Assembly (NCBI GenBank): GCA_000708835.1
Contig: DF236959.1
Coordinates: 230,183-294,182, forward strand
Direction: 5' to 3'
Source of the DNA: Klebsormidium nitens
Lineage: Eukaryota > Plantae > Klebsormidiophyceae
Length of the DNA: 64,000 nt
Every line of letters starts with the position of its first letter. Position 1 is the first letter of the stretch. Shown here one piece after another: positions 12,597 to 28,757 of the stretch. The translations under genes and the position numbers were made by a program. Under the pieces are notes generated by a model that worked only from the letters and a program-made list of their open reading frames with translations, was not told the origin of the DNA and searched no databases.

Positions 12597-15500
12597 CTAG
12601 TCTGCAGCGTTCTTGCTCTCAGGTTCGTAGAGGACATTGATCACCGTGTGCCGTTTCAGCACGTCCTTGAGACCCTTCCGTTGCGGGCGTGCCCCGGCCT
12701 TGCCGCTCGTGATTGCGATCGCAACGTCGTTGCCGAACAGTTTACGTTGCCACGTCAGCAGGATCGTCATGCCCAGAATCAAAACAACAGCCACCGATGA
12801 AATGATAGACAACGCAAAGGCAAGGGCCTGCAACAAAGACGGAGTTCGTTAACTCCACTCTACGGATGGCGAGAGCCCTTTCCCTTCTTTCTAAGAGGGT
12901 TTGACGGAAGAGACTCTGCCAGTGACGGTCAAAAGGTGACCTAAGATTGGCGGCGTCCTAAGCTCAACTTACAAAGTGATTCTACGCATTAGAATCAAGC
13001 CGGTGCTGCGTGCTTTGTGAGACCTTCAGTTTCACGCGAAAAACTACGCGAGAAGAGCGGTAAGTTTGAATCTTCGAAAAACTCCGTAGCGCTTGGTAAC
13101 GAGTCGGACAAGCTTCGACTGAGTTCTGCGTGAACTCTGCTCTCGTTTGGCGACGCGCAGCGACATATCGTTTCTGGATTTTCATTAGGCACCGGATCGA
13201 CCCTCGTTATGCAGAGAAGCCTTTTCTGGAGCAAGACCGTGGGCACTTTCAAATGCGACGAGAGAACGAGCTTGCCCGCGGTTTCGTAACGCGACAAACT
13301 TGTCCGTCAGGAAAAGGTCGGTGATGTTTACTGCCTCTGGTGAATGTAAGCACAGAAAGCGCGCTCCAAGAGCAAAGAAGGACGGAAAGAAGTAGCGTAA
13401 GCAAAGAAGTCACCTGAGTGAATCCGGTTGTGACCCCGTTGGCATACCCGATGCTCGCGATGCCAGCCGCCGTCATAGGGAATGCTGCGGAAAGAGAACT
13501 TCTTTTGTTGATCAAGCACGTTCCCTCGACTTACTTATCGTCCCGTAACAAATGATGTGGATCGGCGCCGTCTGGCACTTCTGACTCTTTAAATGTTTTT
13601 AGCGGTAAGCAGATGCGCTGTTTCCTTGATTGACGTCGACGAAGGACGTACGGAGCGGCCCCTTCGCGATGGAAAACTGCCCTCCCAGTCACGGTTCTTT
13701 TTCTGAAATTGTTCAACAGATCGTCTTCATCAGATCGGGCACTCCAAATTGCGGCAGGGGACCGCTGAACCAGGCAATCATTTTCTGAGCAACTTCTTGC
13801 AGTATTTGAGAACGCGGCATCTGGTAACAAATAAAGTCCACAATCGTGACCTTATTCTGTACGCTACTCCATATCCGGAAGCATCCTTCAGTAAGTGATT
13901 GAGAATCTTCAGTCAGGTGGGCGTAGCAGACGGAGTGCAGACAGCCTCTTCGTCGTGTTTGGAAACAAATCCATACGCTCATTGCCTGTGCATAAAGCAT
14001 CTCGTCGGATAAAAGGCAACTCCCTGGCGCGGCGACTCGAGGGAAAGAGTGAACAACTTACTGTAAGCCCACCACGCTAGGGAGAACTTCACACCGATGA
14101 ACTTGCGTGCCATGGAGAGCTGCACGGAAGGGAAAGGGCCAAGACGTCACGGGTTAAGCACGTGCACTTATCAGATACCAGGCGTCAACCAGGTGCATTT
14201 AGCGGCAAAACGACTCTTTCTCTCGAAAGTCGGAGGAGGAACTGAGGGACTGTTATTGATAAGCTGCTCATCTTGGGGTTGCTAAAAACGCTCGTCAGCT
14301 GCCGGGCTTCCGGAACGTCTCAATTCCGTAACAGTAAACTAGACCTGAGGGAACCCCAGTTTTGCCGCTTTGTTATTTCCCCCAGAAGTGAGAGTCCCGT
14401 TATAGGGCTTGGAAAAACCATGTGTGTTCGGGCCGTGTCCCGGGGACCAATTGAAAACTCTGCCTACACTTGTACTGATGTGAACTTTTCAAGGTTCCAT
14501 GTAAACACAGGATAATTGTCGGAGCGATGGTTGGCAAGATTGGCTGCAAAAGCTGTGAGAAGGAGCTGTACCTTTAAGGAACGGCAAGCACAGCAGCTCC
14601 CCGAAGTCCCTTTACATCTTCGAATCAGAAAGCGTTGCGGAATTAGCAGCCCATACGCCTTTGGACGAAACAGACTTTCTGCAGGGTGATCACACTGGTG
14701 CGGTGTGATGACGTCACCTCACCAGAATAAGGTAAAGGAAGCAGCCGAGCCAGAAGAGCCCTTTCGAAAAGTCGTCCGGGACACCCCCTTGGATCAGCCG
14801 CCACGTGGTACTTCCCTGCAACAGTAAAAGTAGTGCTGACCCTCAAGACAGTGCTCGTCGAACTAGAGGTGCGAGATACGAAACTTGGAGCAACACATTG
14901 ACCAGGAGAGAAAAGGTGGGTCTCGGACAGACGCTTTTGCAAAAGCGAATGACAACCTGCACTTGCAAACGGCTGATCCTATTTGGCTGCAAAACCGTTC
15001 CAAGCGCGCTCGGCATAACGAACTTCTGGATTTAAGTATCAACCATAAGGTGGCCCTACTTGCACCTGTCATCCAGCTCATCACAATGATCGCGTGGCGG
15101 AGTTATGAATCCAAGCAGGTTGCACGAAACAATCTGACTCTGACACGGTTTGCAGCTAAGCGTAAGGAACAAAAAAGTGTATTGAGAAGTGAAAACCCTA
15201 ACTAAGGCGGCCAGATGAAGAACAACTTAGGCTGAAAGTTATATCTGGATTTGTTACTCGATCGGATTTGCCGTCTATTCTGGAGGATCATGACCGTTTG
15301 ATCAGCCGCTACACACGACGTCACCGACTGTAGTGCAGCGGAAACCCAAAACTCGCCTGGAACGGTATCGCCAGAAAGAGGAAGTAGACCGGGTGCAGTT
15401 CGTCAGTAAGTGACGTCATGGACGGCAGCTGCTGGTACAGGGTTATGAAGACCACGACCCAGTGAGTAAACCCGACCGCGAAGAAGGCGACCGCGGGTTC

Positions 15501-18500
15501 GCGCCAGCCGCAAGAGACGGCGAGGCTCGCCCCCACGAAGCTCGGGATGATGCTCAGAAAGCTGGTCGGGTTAGCGACCTGCGGTGGGTTAAGAGAGGGG
15601 TTGAGCTGTGTGAATGGGCTCAAATGTCAGTGGTGCGGTCCTGCGTTCTAACTTTTGATATAGCATGTCAGCGGATGGCATACGACGGAACTGGTCAGTT
15701 TACCGACATGCGGCGATGGTTTCAGCGGGAGAGATACGAAGTTGCAAACCTGGGTCTCAAGAACAGTTAGGGTTTGAGGCGTGTACTCTCGCTACAGGCA
15801 GCCTTGGAGAGGGAGGATGAAAGTTTAAGTTCAGCCAGAGCTGGCGCCGAAGACAGCTTGATTTGGCGCCAGGGTTGGCGTCGGAGAAGCAGGTAGATCT
15901 TGCTTTTACAAAGCCAAATACTAGGAGCTCAGTGTAAAGGAACATATCGCATATGCACGTCGCACAAGTCCTAAGCGGACGGATTCTTGACGAAGGGTCG
16001 AGGTCTGAAAGTCGCATCGACTTTGTGTTGCTTGGTTGTCCATGCGCCGAGGGCAGGCCCAAACAACCCGTCAACGGGCCTCGGTCTTTGAAGCTGGTGT
16101 TGGTTTTGAACGTCAATCCCTCCGACAAAGAGAAAGCTGCGTGTCTCACCTTGCTGAGGCGCTCGTTGGATCCGGTCATCCAGTTGCCGTACCGCCGGAT
16201 CATGAGGAGCGTCAGCGGAATCATGGGCACCAGGAAGAGCGCGTAGGGGGGCTTGTGGCTGAACTGCAAGGTCGAAGGGCCTGTTGGTGTCGCTTCAAAG
16301 TGTCAGTCGAAGAGCCGGAGGAGCCGGTGTTGAATCTTGCAAGGTCAGCACGGCTGGGTACGAACTTCCTAACTTCAATGACTGCCTGCTTTGAGAAAGC
16401 GGTGACGAGATCGTGAACAGAACGGGTGTCAATTTTACCAAGTTCACTTTTAATGATCAATACAATCGGAGCGCTAGTGTCACGGTATAGGTTGGCACTC
16501 TGGACGCCGTGAAAGAATGTTCCGATGGACGTCCGAATCCAAATGTGTATGAGGTCGCCGGAACCGGCTTAGGTAAGACGCCCGACTTCAGATGGACAAG
16601 AGGTGGTGATGCATGGTGATACTCCTCTTGTATGACACTAAATGCTAACCCATGTTAAGCGGAGCTGAACATTGCAAGTATAGAGCCAAGTTAAGCGAGC
16701 ACGTAAAGTTGCCTGAGAGGAACCAAAGCTTACTCGGGGTGGAAGCCCGATCCCCAGGAAGAGGCACGCGATGAACGGAGTGAAGAAGAAGTTGGTTCGA
16801 ACGGGGTGCTCGCTTTCCCTTCGGACGTAGGGCGTCCAGAGAAACGCCTTGAGCAGGTAGACGAGGGAGAGGGAAAACTGCAGCCACACCAAGGGGGCAG
16901 AATTTAAGAAATCGATCAGATTGATTGCCGGTTTCTCTACTGGCTGTTCACGCACTAGCATATGGCTAAAGTTCGCGAACGTTTTGCTTGACATATTTTC
17001 CTGTGGCTTCTTCTTTCCTCATACAGCTACCTGCGGACAGAAGAGTTGAAAACAGGATTGACTGATTGTGGTCGTCTTTTCTTCGGCTGCATTTGGCACT
17101 CAGAATGTGGAGTTACTAAATGGTCAGTTAGTGAAACCTCAAGGCTTTCTGAAACGATAGCAACGATACATACTGTAACCATACCGCACCTTGTTTAAAT
17201 CAAACGCCACCCTTGCAGCGATGTTGTGACCAATAGCCCCACCTTACTCAAGCTATGCCAGCAGCCATTTCTTCCACAGGAGGCGGATCAAAATTACACT
17301 AGGAGCCAGTTAGCACCACAATATATGAGGTCAAGTACCATGGAAAAGCAGGGTCAAGATAACGTGAGCGTGGGAGTGCGCTTTGCGCACAGACTAGGAC
17401 TAGAACCAGAACAGATGAAGCCAAATAACAGAATGCGCATGTCAGCTTCTCACCAAAGAAAGACTGATCTGAACAAACGCTTACCAGCACAGCCGCAGAG
17501 AAGTACCAGAGACCCTCGCTGATCTCGACGGGGATGTTGGCCCACTGCATGGAGTGCGCCTGCGCCAGGTTCTTCCAGAGCACCGTCTGGCTGCCCAACC
17601 CCATGCAGATACCAAAGGTCGTAACCGGGATCCGAAGCAGAAGTGGCCACCGCTCATCTTGTGCAAGAGCCGTCGTTTCTCCTTCCTGGACAATGGAGAT
17701 TAGTGTGAGTGATTGCTATCTGGTGAATCTATGGATATGAGGCGCTTTGTAAGAGCAATCAAGTAAGTTGACTGGCAATCTAGACTGTCCGATGGTAACA
17801 CTGATTATTGTCGGATCAGAGTCAACGCTTTCTATAGGGCCTGGCAGGTATGAGCGGATGAGAACCTCTCTTGTGAGTTGCGTTTTTGAAGAGAGAGGAA
17901 CATCAGCTCCCTATCCTGCTCCTAGATGCCGTTTTGCATTCTTCTGGGTGGGGAAAGAAACATAGACAGGGACTCTGCAACGAGAGGCAAACGAAACCAA
18001 GCACATGGACCTTGCTTCCCGCTTTGTTGGATGAAAAGTTGGAGCTTGTATGACAGAAGGGTCCACTTTCCCAGACCTCTCCTGAGCTGCAGGACAGTAC
18101 AAGATTTGGAGACCTTTCTGGGCGATGAAGCTTTCTCAGCCTTGACCCAAGCTCTTCAATCTATGGCTGCTACGAGTGCCTCCTTTCAGCGCTGCAGAAA
18201 CCAGATTGCTTACCTTGATTGAGCTCCCCTAGTCCCAGCCTCTGCGGTACCGCTTTGGCACAAGCTTTCCAAAATCTGAACCCTTTCCAAATCATACCAG
18301 AACCGAGAGGAACCATAGGCTTCTACGACAAGAGAACGTAGAGCAATGGAGGAGCACAGCACATGCTGAACCTCTGCACTTACAGTCCCTGCAGCGCTTC
18401 CTGTGCTGCTTCGACCCCAGCTTTGTTGGTCAAAGAAAGCCAAAGCCAACAAAAGCCAACAATGTGAACAACATTGTGGCTCAGGAAATAGAGGAGAAAC

Positions 18501-18867
18501 ATCAGAACACAAAGAGTGCGCCTCTTAAAGGTTCAAAGAACATCCTCACCTTGAGCTCTTCTAGCTCCGGCCCTTGCAGTGCCTCCTGATATCGCTGTGG
18601 CCCCAGCTTCTCCACTGCAAGTCGCACCAAACTGTGCAGCTCTTGCAGCATGATCGTGCTCGCCAGGCCCGGGCACAGCTTAGATCGGACTAAGCGCCAC
18701 CGCCGCCGCGCCTCTTCGCGCCGCCTCCATTCTCCCTGGTGGCCTGTAAGTAGCCTGGTGAGCTTGCTAAGGGTGCTGTCCCCTGCGTGTCGGATCTGCT
18801 CAAGAAGGGAGCCGGCGGAGGCAAGGCTTGCCATGGGAGAGTCTAAGAGGGGCTGGTCTATGCTCAT
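12597..18867 (-). CDS. SLAC1: SLAC1/SLAH-family S-type anion channel; about 9 exons
   Basis: Spliced product contains LQGPELEELK|EGE..WPLLLRIPVTTFGICMGLGSQTVLWK, VYLLKAFLWTPYVRRESEHPVRTNFFFTPF, NPTSFLSII, FITLYQQLP..LHPVYFLFLA, KFSLAWWAYTFPMT (gate Phe) and LFGNDVAIAIT. All are hallmark SLAC/SLAH motifs. Exact orthology (SLAC1 vs SLAH) is not resolved. Confidence 0.9.
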
Positions 18868-20656
18868 GTACCGTGTATCATGAGTCAAGGAACGTGCAAT
18901 CTGCGAGCCTTGGTTTCTAAAAAGGGCTATTGAAACCTGACAGGTGCTTTGATGGACCCAGTTGTTTGGTGGCAGCTGGTTGATCTCAAGGTGGGAAGAG
19001 TTGCGTGAGAGCTAAGCAATGAAGAAGGGGCACATCCGCTGCAAGACACTGCTGAGCTAAAATCTACAGCGTCTTAATTTGAGCAGCTTTGCTGTCAAAG
19101 GACAGCTCGAAGGTACTTATTTCTTTCTGGTTTTCCAAATCAATGCTCAGCATTCCTGAGCTCTCCAGATTCCAAAACGAAGATAGGTAATACAAGAAGG
19201 AACACGGCTTTGGAAGATGAATACGAGCGTTGGACTTGTGCCAAGACTCAGATTTAAAGTTAGAGTCGGAGCGTAGAGCAGCGCCGCGCAGAAAGCCATA
19301 TGGCACATGAAGGTACACACCACTCGAGCAACCATCGCATGATGGTCCTCGCGACGGCTCGCGTATTTAACTATTACACCGTACCAATGATTGTTCTGTT
19401 GGGAGGGGGCGACCGAGCAAGTGACCAGAAAATTCTGATTCAGTGCCATTCGAGTTGGAATGGTCGCCCTCTGCACCGTACCCTGTACGTTCGGTCAATT
19501 AATTTACGAATCCTTCATCGGCCCGTGAGTCGCCGTGACGCGCCTTGCACTTATTGCACGTACACGCGGCCTGCGACGCTCACTTTCAACAAGCAGCTTT
19601 GAAACTCTGAAAGGTCGGCCTTGTCCACTTACATTTTGCCGCGTGGCCGCCACCACAGCTCAACAGGCGGCCTACTTCATGCCTAGGATGAAGTATCCTA
19701 CTATTTAAAGGGTCTGCAATCCGACCAGCATATGACTTCCGTGTATCGAGATCAAGAGGTCGGGCAGCATACCGTAGACGTACAAATGTCATCCAAAGCG
19801 GTGCGATATCCCGGTTCTGAGAACGAGCGACTGTAGTACAGTAACGCACCACTGGTCTCTATCATGTATACCTACTTCAAGCTACTAAGCTTGCATGCCA
19901 ATTCCTGATAGAATTGTTTCATCTTAGCCCTGCGCGTCATTGCATGGTGCTGGCCGCATGTTAACTACACGTTAACTATTATACTTTGCACTGTCAAGTG
20001 CAGAGAAGCAAAATTCGTATAATTAAAGGTGCGTCGATCATGTATAAGTTTTCTGCAAGAAGGATGTATGCACACTTCATTCAAGTCGATCCGATCGCAA
20101 AGAAGTTCGCAATACAGTGGTTGTGACTAGGTTGGCTTGAGCGACATGTCGCCAGTGAATGGGACGTTCGTGAACATGGTCTGGCGGCAATATATACTGA
20201 TGACATATCGCTAGTCTCCCATGATGTGGTCGGATACAGTGTATACGTAGCATCGAGTCCAATGCAGAGGTTATTAGTGGCCCTGGATGCTCAGTAAAGC
20301 ACATTCTTCACCACGAGGCCGTTTTAGCCTAGCTTTAATTCCCTGGACAGATGCCACGCAGATGACTTGATAACAATCGCATCGTACCTTATTCCTACAG
20401 AGAACAAGACTAAGAGCTCGAAGGGCAGAACATAATTGGGCGGCATGGCAAGGCAAACTTCACCCTACTATTAATGCGTTGGGGATTCTGCAACCCTCAA
20501 ATCAAGGGCGCATGCAACCTGCATGGCAGGCTGGCTTGTTATTCAAAGAGGACGTCATCTGATCGGATGAGAAGGATAGAAGAATGGACTAAATGACCAA
20601 CAATGTTGACTTGATCTCTATCCGGTTGCGTCGTTAAAGCTTCAGCTTGCCTCCTC

Positions 20657-23600
20657 TCAGCGGCCCTCAAACTCGTTCTGCTTTCGGACAACTCGAGAAT
20701 GACGATACTCTGCCAGCATAACATTAGGTATGTGACTAGAATCCCTGATACACAAGTATCGACAAATGGGATGATCTTCAATGGTTCGAAAGGTGGGAAT
20801 GAAGACGCAAGCGGATATTACATACCACGCAAGGGCATTGCAGCACCCAATGGCTCCTCCAGCCCATACTTGACGCCACGTATGATATCCTAGATACGCT
20901 CTGCACACGAACAGCCGATCTCAAAATCTGGTAGATGGGCTCCACACTGCTTTGGTATCTACTGCAGTTGACCGGAAGTCGAAACTTCCGCTTCACATCA
21001 TGTAAAAAGTGAGGACTGAAGGGCCCAACTTGGCCAAAGTCCTGAAGGACTAGGACTATAGCATGAAAACTCGAAACAAGGAGGGCCAGGTTTGTGGTGC
21101 TAGGCACACAAGGAAAGCTCATGTCAAGCACATTTACCCCCGAATCGAAACGGCTGGGCCCTTGAAAAGTGGACTGCGATTATAACGCGAGATTCAACCA
21201 GAGGGGAGCTCCGCTTAAGAGAAGCAAGGACGACCTCGAATATTAGGTCTGCCGGCGGGGCCCGCCATCATCTGAGCGCCGTCGACAGAAATTTTGCCAT
21301 GCAACTTGGCAAGGATAATTCTGGCCATCCTTATTGAAACTGGACGTTGGGTGTTGACGACTCGTTAAAGGCGAAGCGAATAAGCCAGAATAATCCGACA
21401 AAGGCGAAGGCCGGAGGAGCAAGTTTTTGGGGACTCTACGGAAGGACGGCGATTAGAAAAGACGACCGAAGACGACAAGACGATGGCCATTTGTTCAGAC
21501 TGTTCATTAATATCCGCTGAAAAGCAGACCAAAGAGGAGTCGAGGAAGTGGCCGTTCATTCGGCAATTCGAACGCTCCAGTCGAACCACCAAAAGAAACT
21601 TCCCTGTTTAAACGAGGCTCCCGGACAAAAAAATCGATTTTCCGGGCAAACTTTTCCAAACCCGGCCAGGATCTTCATAGCAAGCACAAGCATTTATCCG
21701 GCCCTCTACGGCCGGGTTTAGAGGGGCCTACTGGAGAACGCATCCATTTTCGCCGCCTGACAGATATATCTCAAGCTTTAACGGGAGAACATATATGAAG
21801 AATAAGTCGGGCGAAGACAGACTGAAAACCTTATCTTGCCATCCACGCGCTCTGCACCCCAATCTGCCCTAAGCTCCGACCGAACCCCACCCGCACACAG
21901 GGCTTGACCATGTTATTTATAGAACTTGTTGTTTATAGAGTCGAGAGTTGTGCTCGATAGGGGTTAATTTTGGGGCACCCAACGGTACTTTTTAAAGTTC
22001 CTGGTGATAGCCCGATCGGCACACAGCGAACTTGGAATAAGGCGGCCAGCTTTGTACGGAACTGTGATACTTTCCTCCAATAATATTCAGGATTTTAGAA
22101 GCTGATAAGCGATTTCAATCGTGGGAAGCAACCAAAAAACAATCATGTAAAAGATAGGAGAACTTCGCAAACGCCCCTGAGAAATCGAGGCGCCAGTCAA
22201 GACCCCGTCGCCAAAGTCGGTTTTCACCCTGAGGTCAGCGACGGCTCACCGGGACCACATGACGGAGAATGCGACGGGCCAGGGAATGACGACAGCGGCC
22301 CACTTGCTCAACCAATCGGAGAAGGTCAATCTGCAGTGGATATTCGGAGTCTACTGAGCTGGGGCCAGCAAGTCGAGGGCCTCCCGAATTGAACGAGTAA
22401 CTGAGCATGGGGCATGCTTAGAGGGATGCACCTACGGCAGTCGTTGCGTACACAGAGGTGCAACCTTTCTTTGAAAGGAAGGTGTTTTCTTCCCTCGTGT
22501 CGAAACAACGGTCTGTAGGATGAAGAGACAGTCAAGACGCCTCAACGCCTGCTTACTCGCTGCTAAGCATGCAATGCTCGACTCAAAAATGGTCTCCTCC
22601 AGGGGCGTCTCCAGCAGTTGGGAGGTGCAGAAGCAAGCAAAGAGGGGACAAGAGGCTAAAGCCCAGGGACTGGAACGATTGAAGGAGTATATCTTGACAG
22701 ACAAACGCTGGAGGTTTAAGGGTCAAGTTGTATTCGATCGCCGCACCCTTACCGTCGAAGGCACAAGAGCGTGGAATAAGTTGCAAAGAAGGTGACCCAT
22801 GCGGAATGGCTGGAAGGCCTGCGTCGAGGAATGGAACGAGTCAGACAAAGCACAACGTTTGGCTGTCTCCAGTGAGATTCCAACGGGCACAAAAACACAG
22901 TCGTCGTCTCGTGTCACTGCTTCTGATCGAAGCTGGGAGGAGATGGCTGAACTTGACAGAGAAGCCGGTTTCCGTTTTCCGTTTCCGTCTCGTTCGAAAA
23001 CGCGAACTGAATGGCTACGTAGGAAGCCCGTTCAGGAAAGTCCGCTTCTAAGCTACGAAGTCCGTCACAGGCACTGAAACCGAGGAGGCTTGAAGAATGA
23101 GAGGGTAGGCGTGAGAGGGACTTGCTCACCATCCGAAGGAACTACAACACTCCAGGATCGCACCTGCAAGTGAAATACGGTCAGACTTCTTCGCGATCGT
23201 ACAATGAACTGATGTCCGAAAGTGCCACATGTGTTCCCCAAACAAATCACGGTGGCTAACCGAAACTCACCCTTCAAGGGCAAAGCCTGTGGCTAGTGCA
23301 GACTTCTTAGGGAAGGGCCACCGCAGACGGTTGGAGGACCAATCTGGCACAAAGTCCATCTAGAAACGGATCGGAAGCGCTTGGCAGCTCTCCATGAACA
23401 GTATGCCGTTTCTTGATGGGGCTGCCAGTCCATCTGCTGTGACGTGCCGTGACCAATTCAATCAAACGCCCTTGAATTCCCCTCAGGTTTTATTGAAGCT
23501 AAAACATTTCTTGTGCACTCCAGTTTCAGCCCTGAAAGCCGCGAATTCAGGGACAACAGGTTGTCACAGGATTGTCCAGGCACATAGCAGGGGATGAGTC

Positions 23601-24424
23601 TGACTTGCCAATGAAGGTTTCACCATGGGTCAACCGCAGTAACTCACATGATGGTGGTCTTGGCTCCATGAAGAAGCGCTTCAGCGACTGGCAGAGGGCC
23701 TCATTGACAATCAAGCCTAAGCAGAAGACCATGGTTTGCAGCTCCCGCCTGAATATGATAAGCGCAGGGAAGGCGCCAAAGGCTATGGTATAAGGGGCCA
23801 GGGAGGCCAGGGCCAGGAGCTTCCCAAGTCCATCGCCCTCAGGGTACCTTTAAGAAGAAAAACATTCGCTTTTCCTGTTCGGAGTCCTTCGTCGACGGAC
23901 GGCTTCCAGACTACTTGATTTCATTTCTCCTTCTTTGTTGAGGCCCATAAACCCTTCCAGATCAATCATGACTGAACATTACAGTGGCTCAGTAGAAATG
24001 TTAAATTCGTTTTGGAGTTCTCAAATTTTGTCAGGACATCCTAGGAAGTGCACCGGCAGTCGCAAACCAGGCGCAACAATGGAATCCTGAAGGGGACCTA
24101 TGAGATGCGAAAACCAAGACTTGAGCTGCAAGCTGTAGTGGTGGTGACACTGACACTGAGAGGCAGAACTTCGCAGAAGAAAGGAATTGAAGGGGCCATT
24201 ATGTACAAGGTTACAGTAATATCACCATGTACCATGTTGCTTCCGTGCCACCACCTATTCTTCTCAAAACCGATTTCAAGCTTTCTGATATCAGGTGCAG
24301 CGACCAGGTAGAGATGCAATGCCGACATTGACCATGATCTTTGTAGAGTTCACATAAGAGCACTTCAAAGTCCAACTTACCTGACATGCGTCAACTCAAC
24401 AGACTTGTATACTGGTGGCAACAT
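20657..24424 (-). CDS. DOLPP1: Dolichyl-diphosphatase / lipid phosphate phosphatase gamma (PAP2 family); 6 exons (24424-24381, 23847-23648, 23163-23130, 22818-22753, 22330-22250, 20900-20657)
   Basis: VELTHVRYPEGDGLG, RRELQ, KRFFMEPRP (C1), GWPSSHS (C2), SRAYLGYHTWRQV (C3), IRDSSHIPNVMLAEY. Matches DOLPP1 / plant LPPgamma along its whole length, and all phases fit. Confidence 0.9.
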
Positions 24425-25270
24425 GGCGGTCAGACCTCTCAAGCCCAACTTGCTTCTGCACAACAGATCTGCCACTCTGATCCAAAGACGGTGCTCTTAC
24501 TAATCCACTTGCTTAAGAGAGTAGTGACTTGGCATCAGCACCTCCGTTTTGCCCAAGTATAATGCCAAGTACGACAGAGGCGCACTGGACAATGCTGTGC
24601 CAGGAGATCTATCTCTCACCATGGGTGTACTTTCTGTGCTGCAGCACTCTTTTACCTGGGTCTGCCAAAGAGCACTCCTAGGTAAGATGCTGATAAAACT
24701 ACGTCTCCCAAGGGCGGAGCCAGCTGGTGCCGATCTGTTCACCCTCAACTGGACGCTGGCAGCCAGAGAAGTGAGCTGGTGTTTTCTCCCACTGCCCTTC
24801 CATCACTTACTGTATATTGCATCTTGGACCGCCCAAATCCTATCTATTTGTCAGCTCAATCGGAGCCCGTATGAAAGGCCATACGACATCCTTCCTGTTG
24901 CATGTAAAGTTTTAATGATGCCCTACGTAGAGGCGCATAGAGGTCACCTGGAAAGCTTACGTGGTATGTACTATATGTTGGCTAAAAAGACGGTATATCT
25001 GCGTCGCTTATATCAACCACTAGCGCCATACAAGGTTCAGTATAAAGTTTGGATTTAGGTAATCCATCAACTGATGTCATGACTGGGTGATTCAACAACT
25101 TCAACTTCAAGGAGAGAGGTGGGTGCAGGTACAACTTCAAGTTTCAAGCGTTCTGTCAGACGCAACTGGGGCGCAAATTGGAGGGTGCTGTTGATTCGGC
25201 CGCAAGAAGGAAAGACAGCATATTGTTGGAGTGTTCACCGAAGCGAAGGCAGCCCTCAAGGCTGACAAAG

Positions 25271-28757
<3,487 letters not shown>

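Noticed and set aside
18210-18320. Open 109-nt AG..GT segment in SLAC intron 1 as a constitutive exon
   Set aside because: Homology joins exon 1 directly to 17685 in phase 0, and inclusion would shift the frame. It is treated as part of an echo.
21365-21592. Nested minus-strand ORF in the DOLPP1 intron
   Set aside because: Short, non-ATG start, S-rich with no motif, and no supporting neighbouring exons.
24549-25058. 169-aa plus-strand ORF between DOLPP1 and NDUFS8
   Set aside because: Non-ATG start, no recognisable motif and no GC3 bias. It lies in a short divergent promoter/UTR region.
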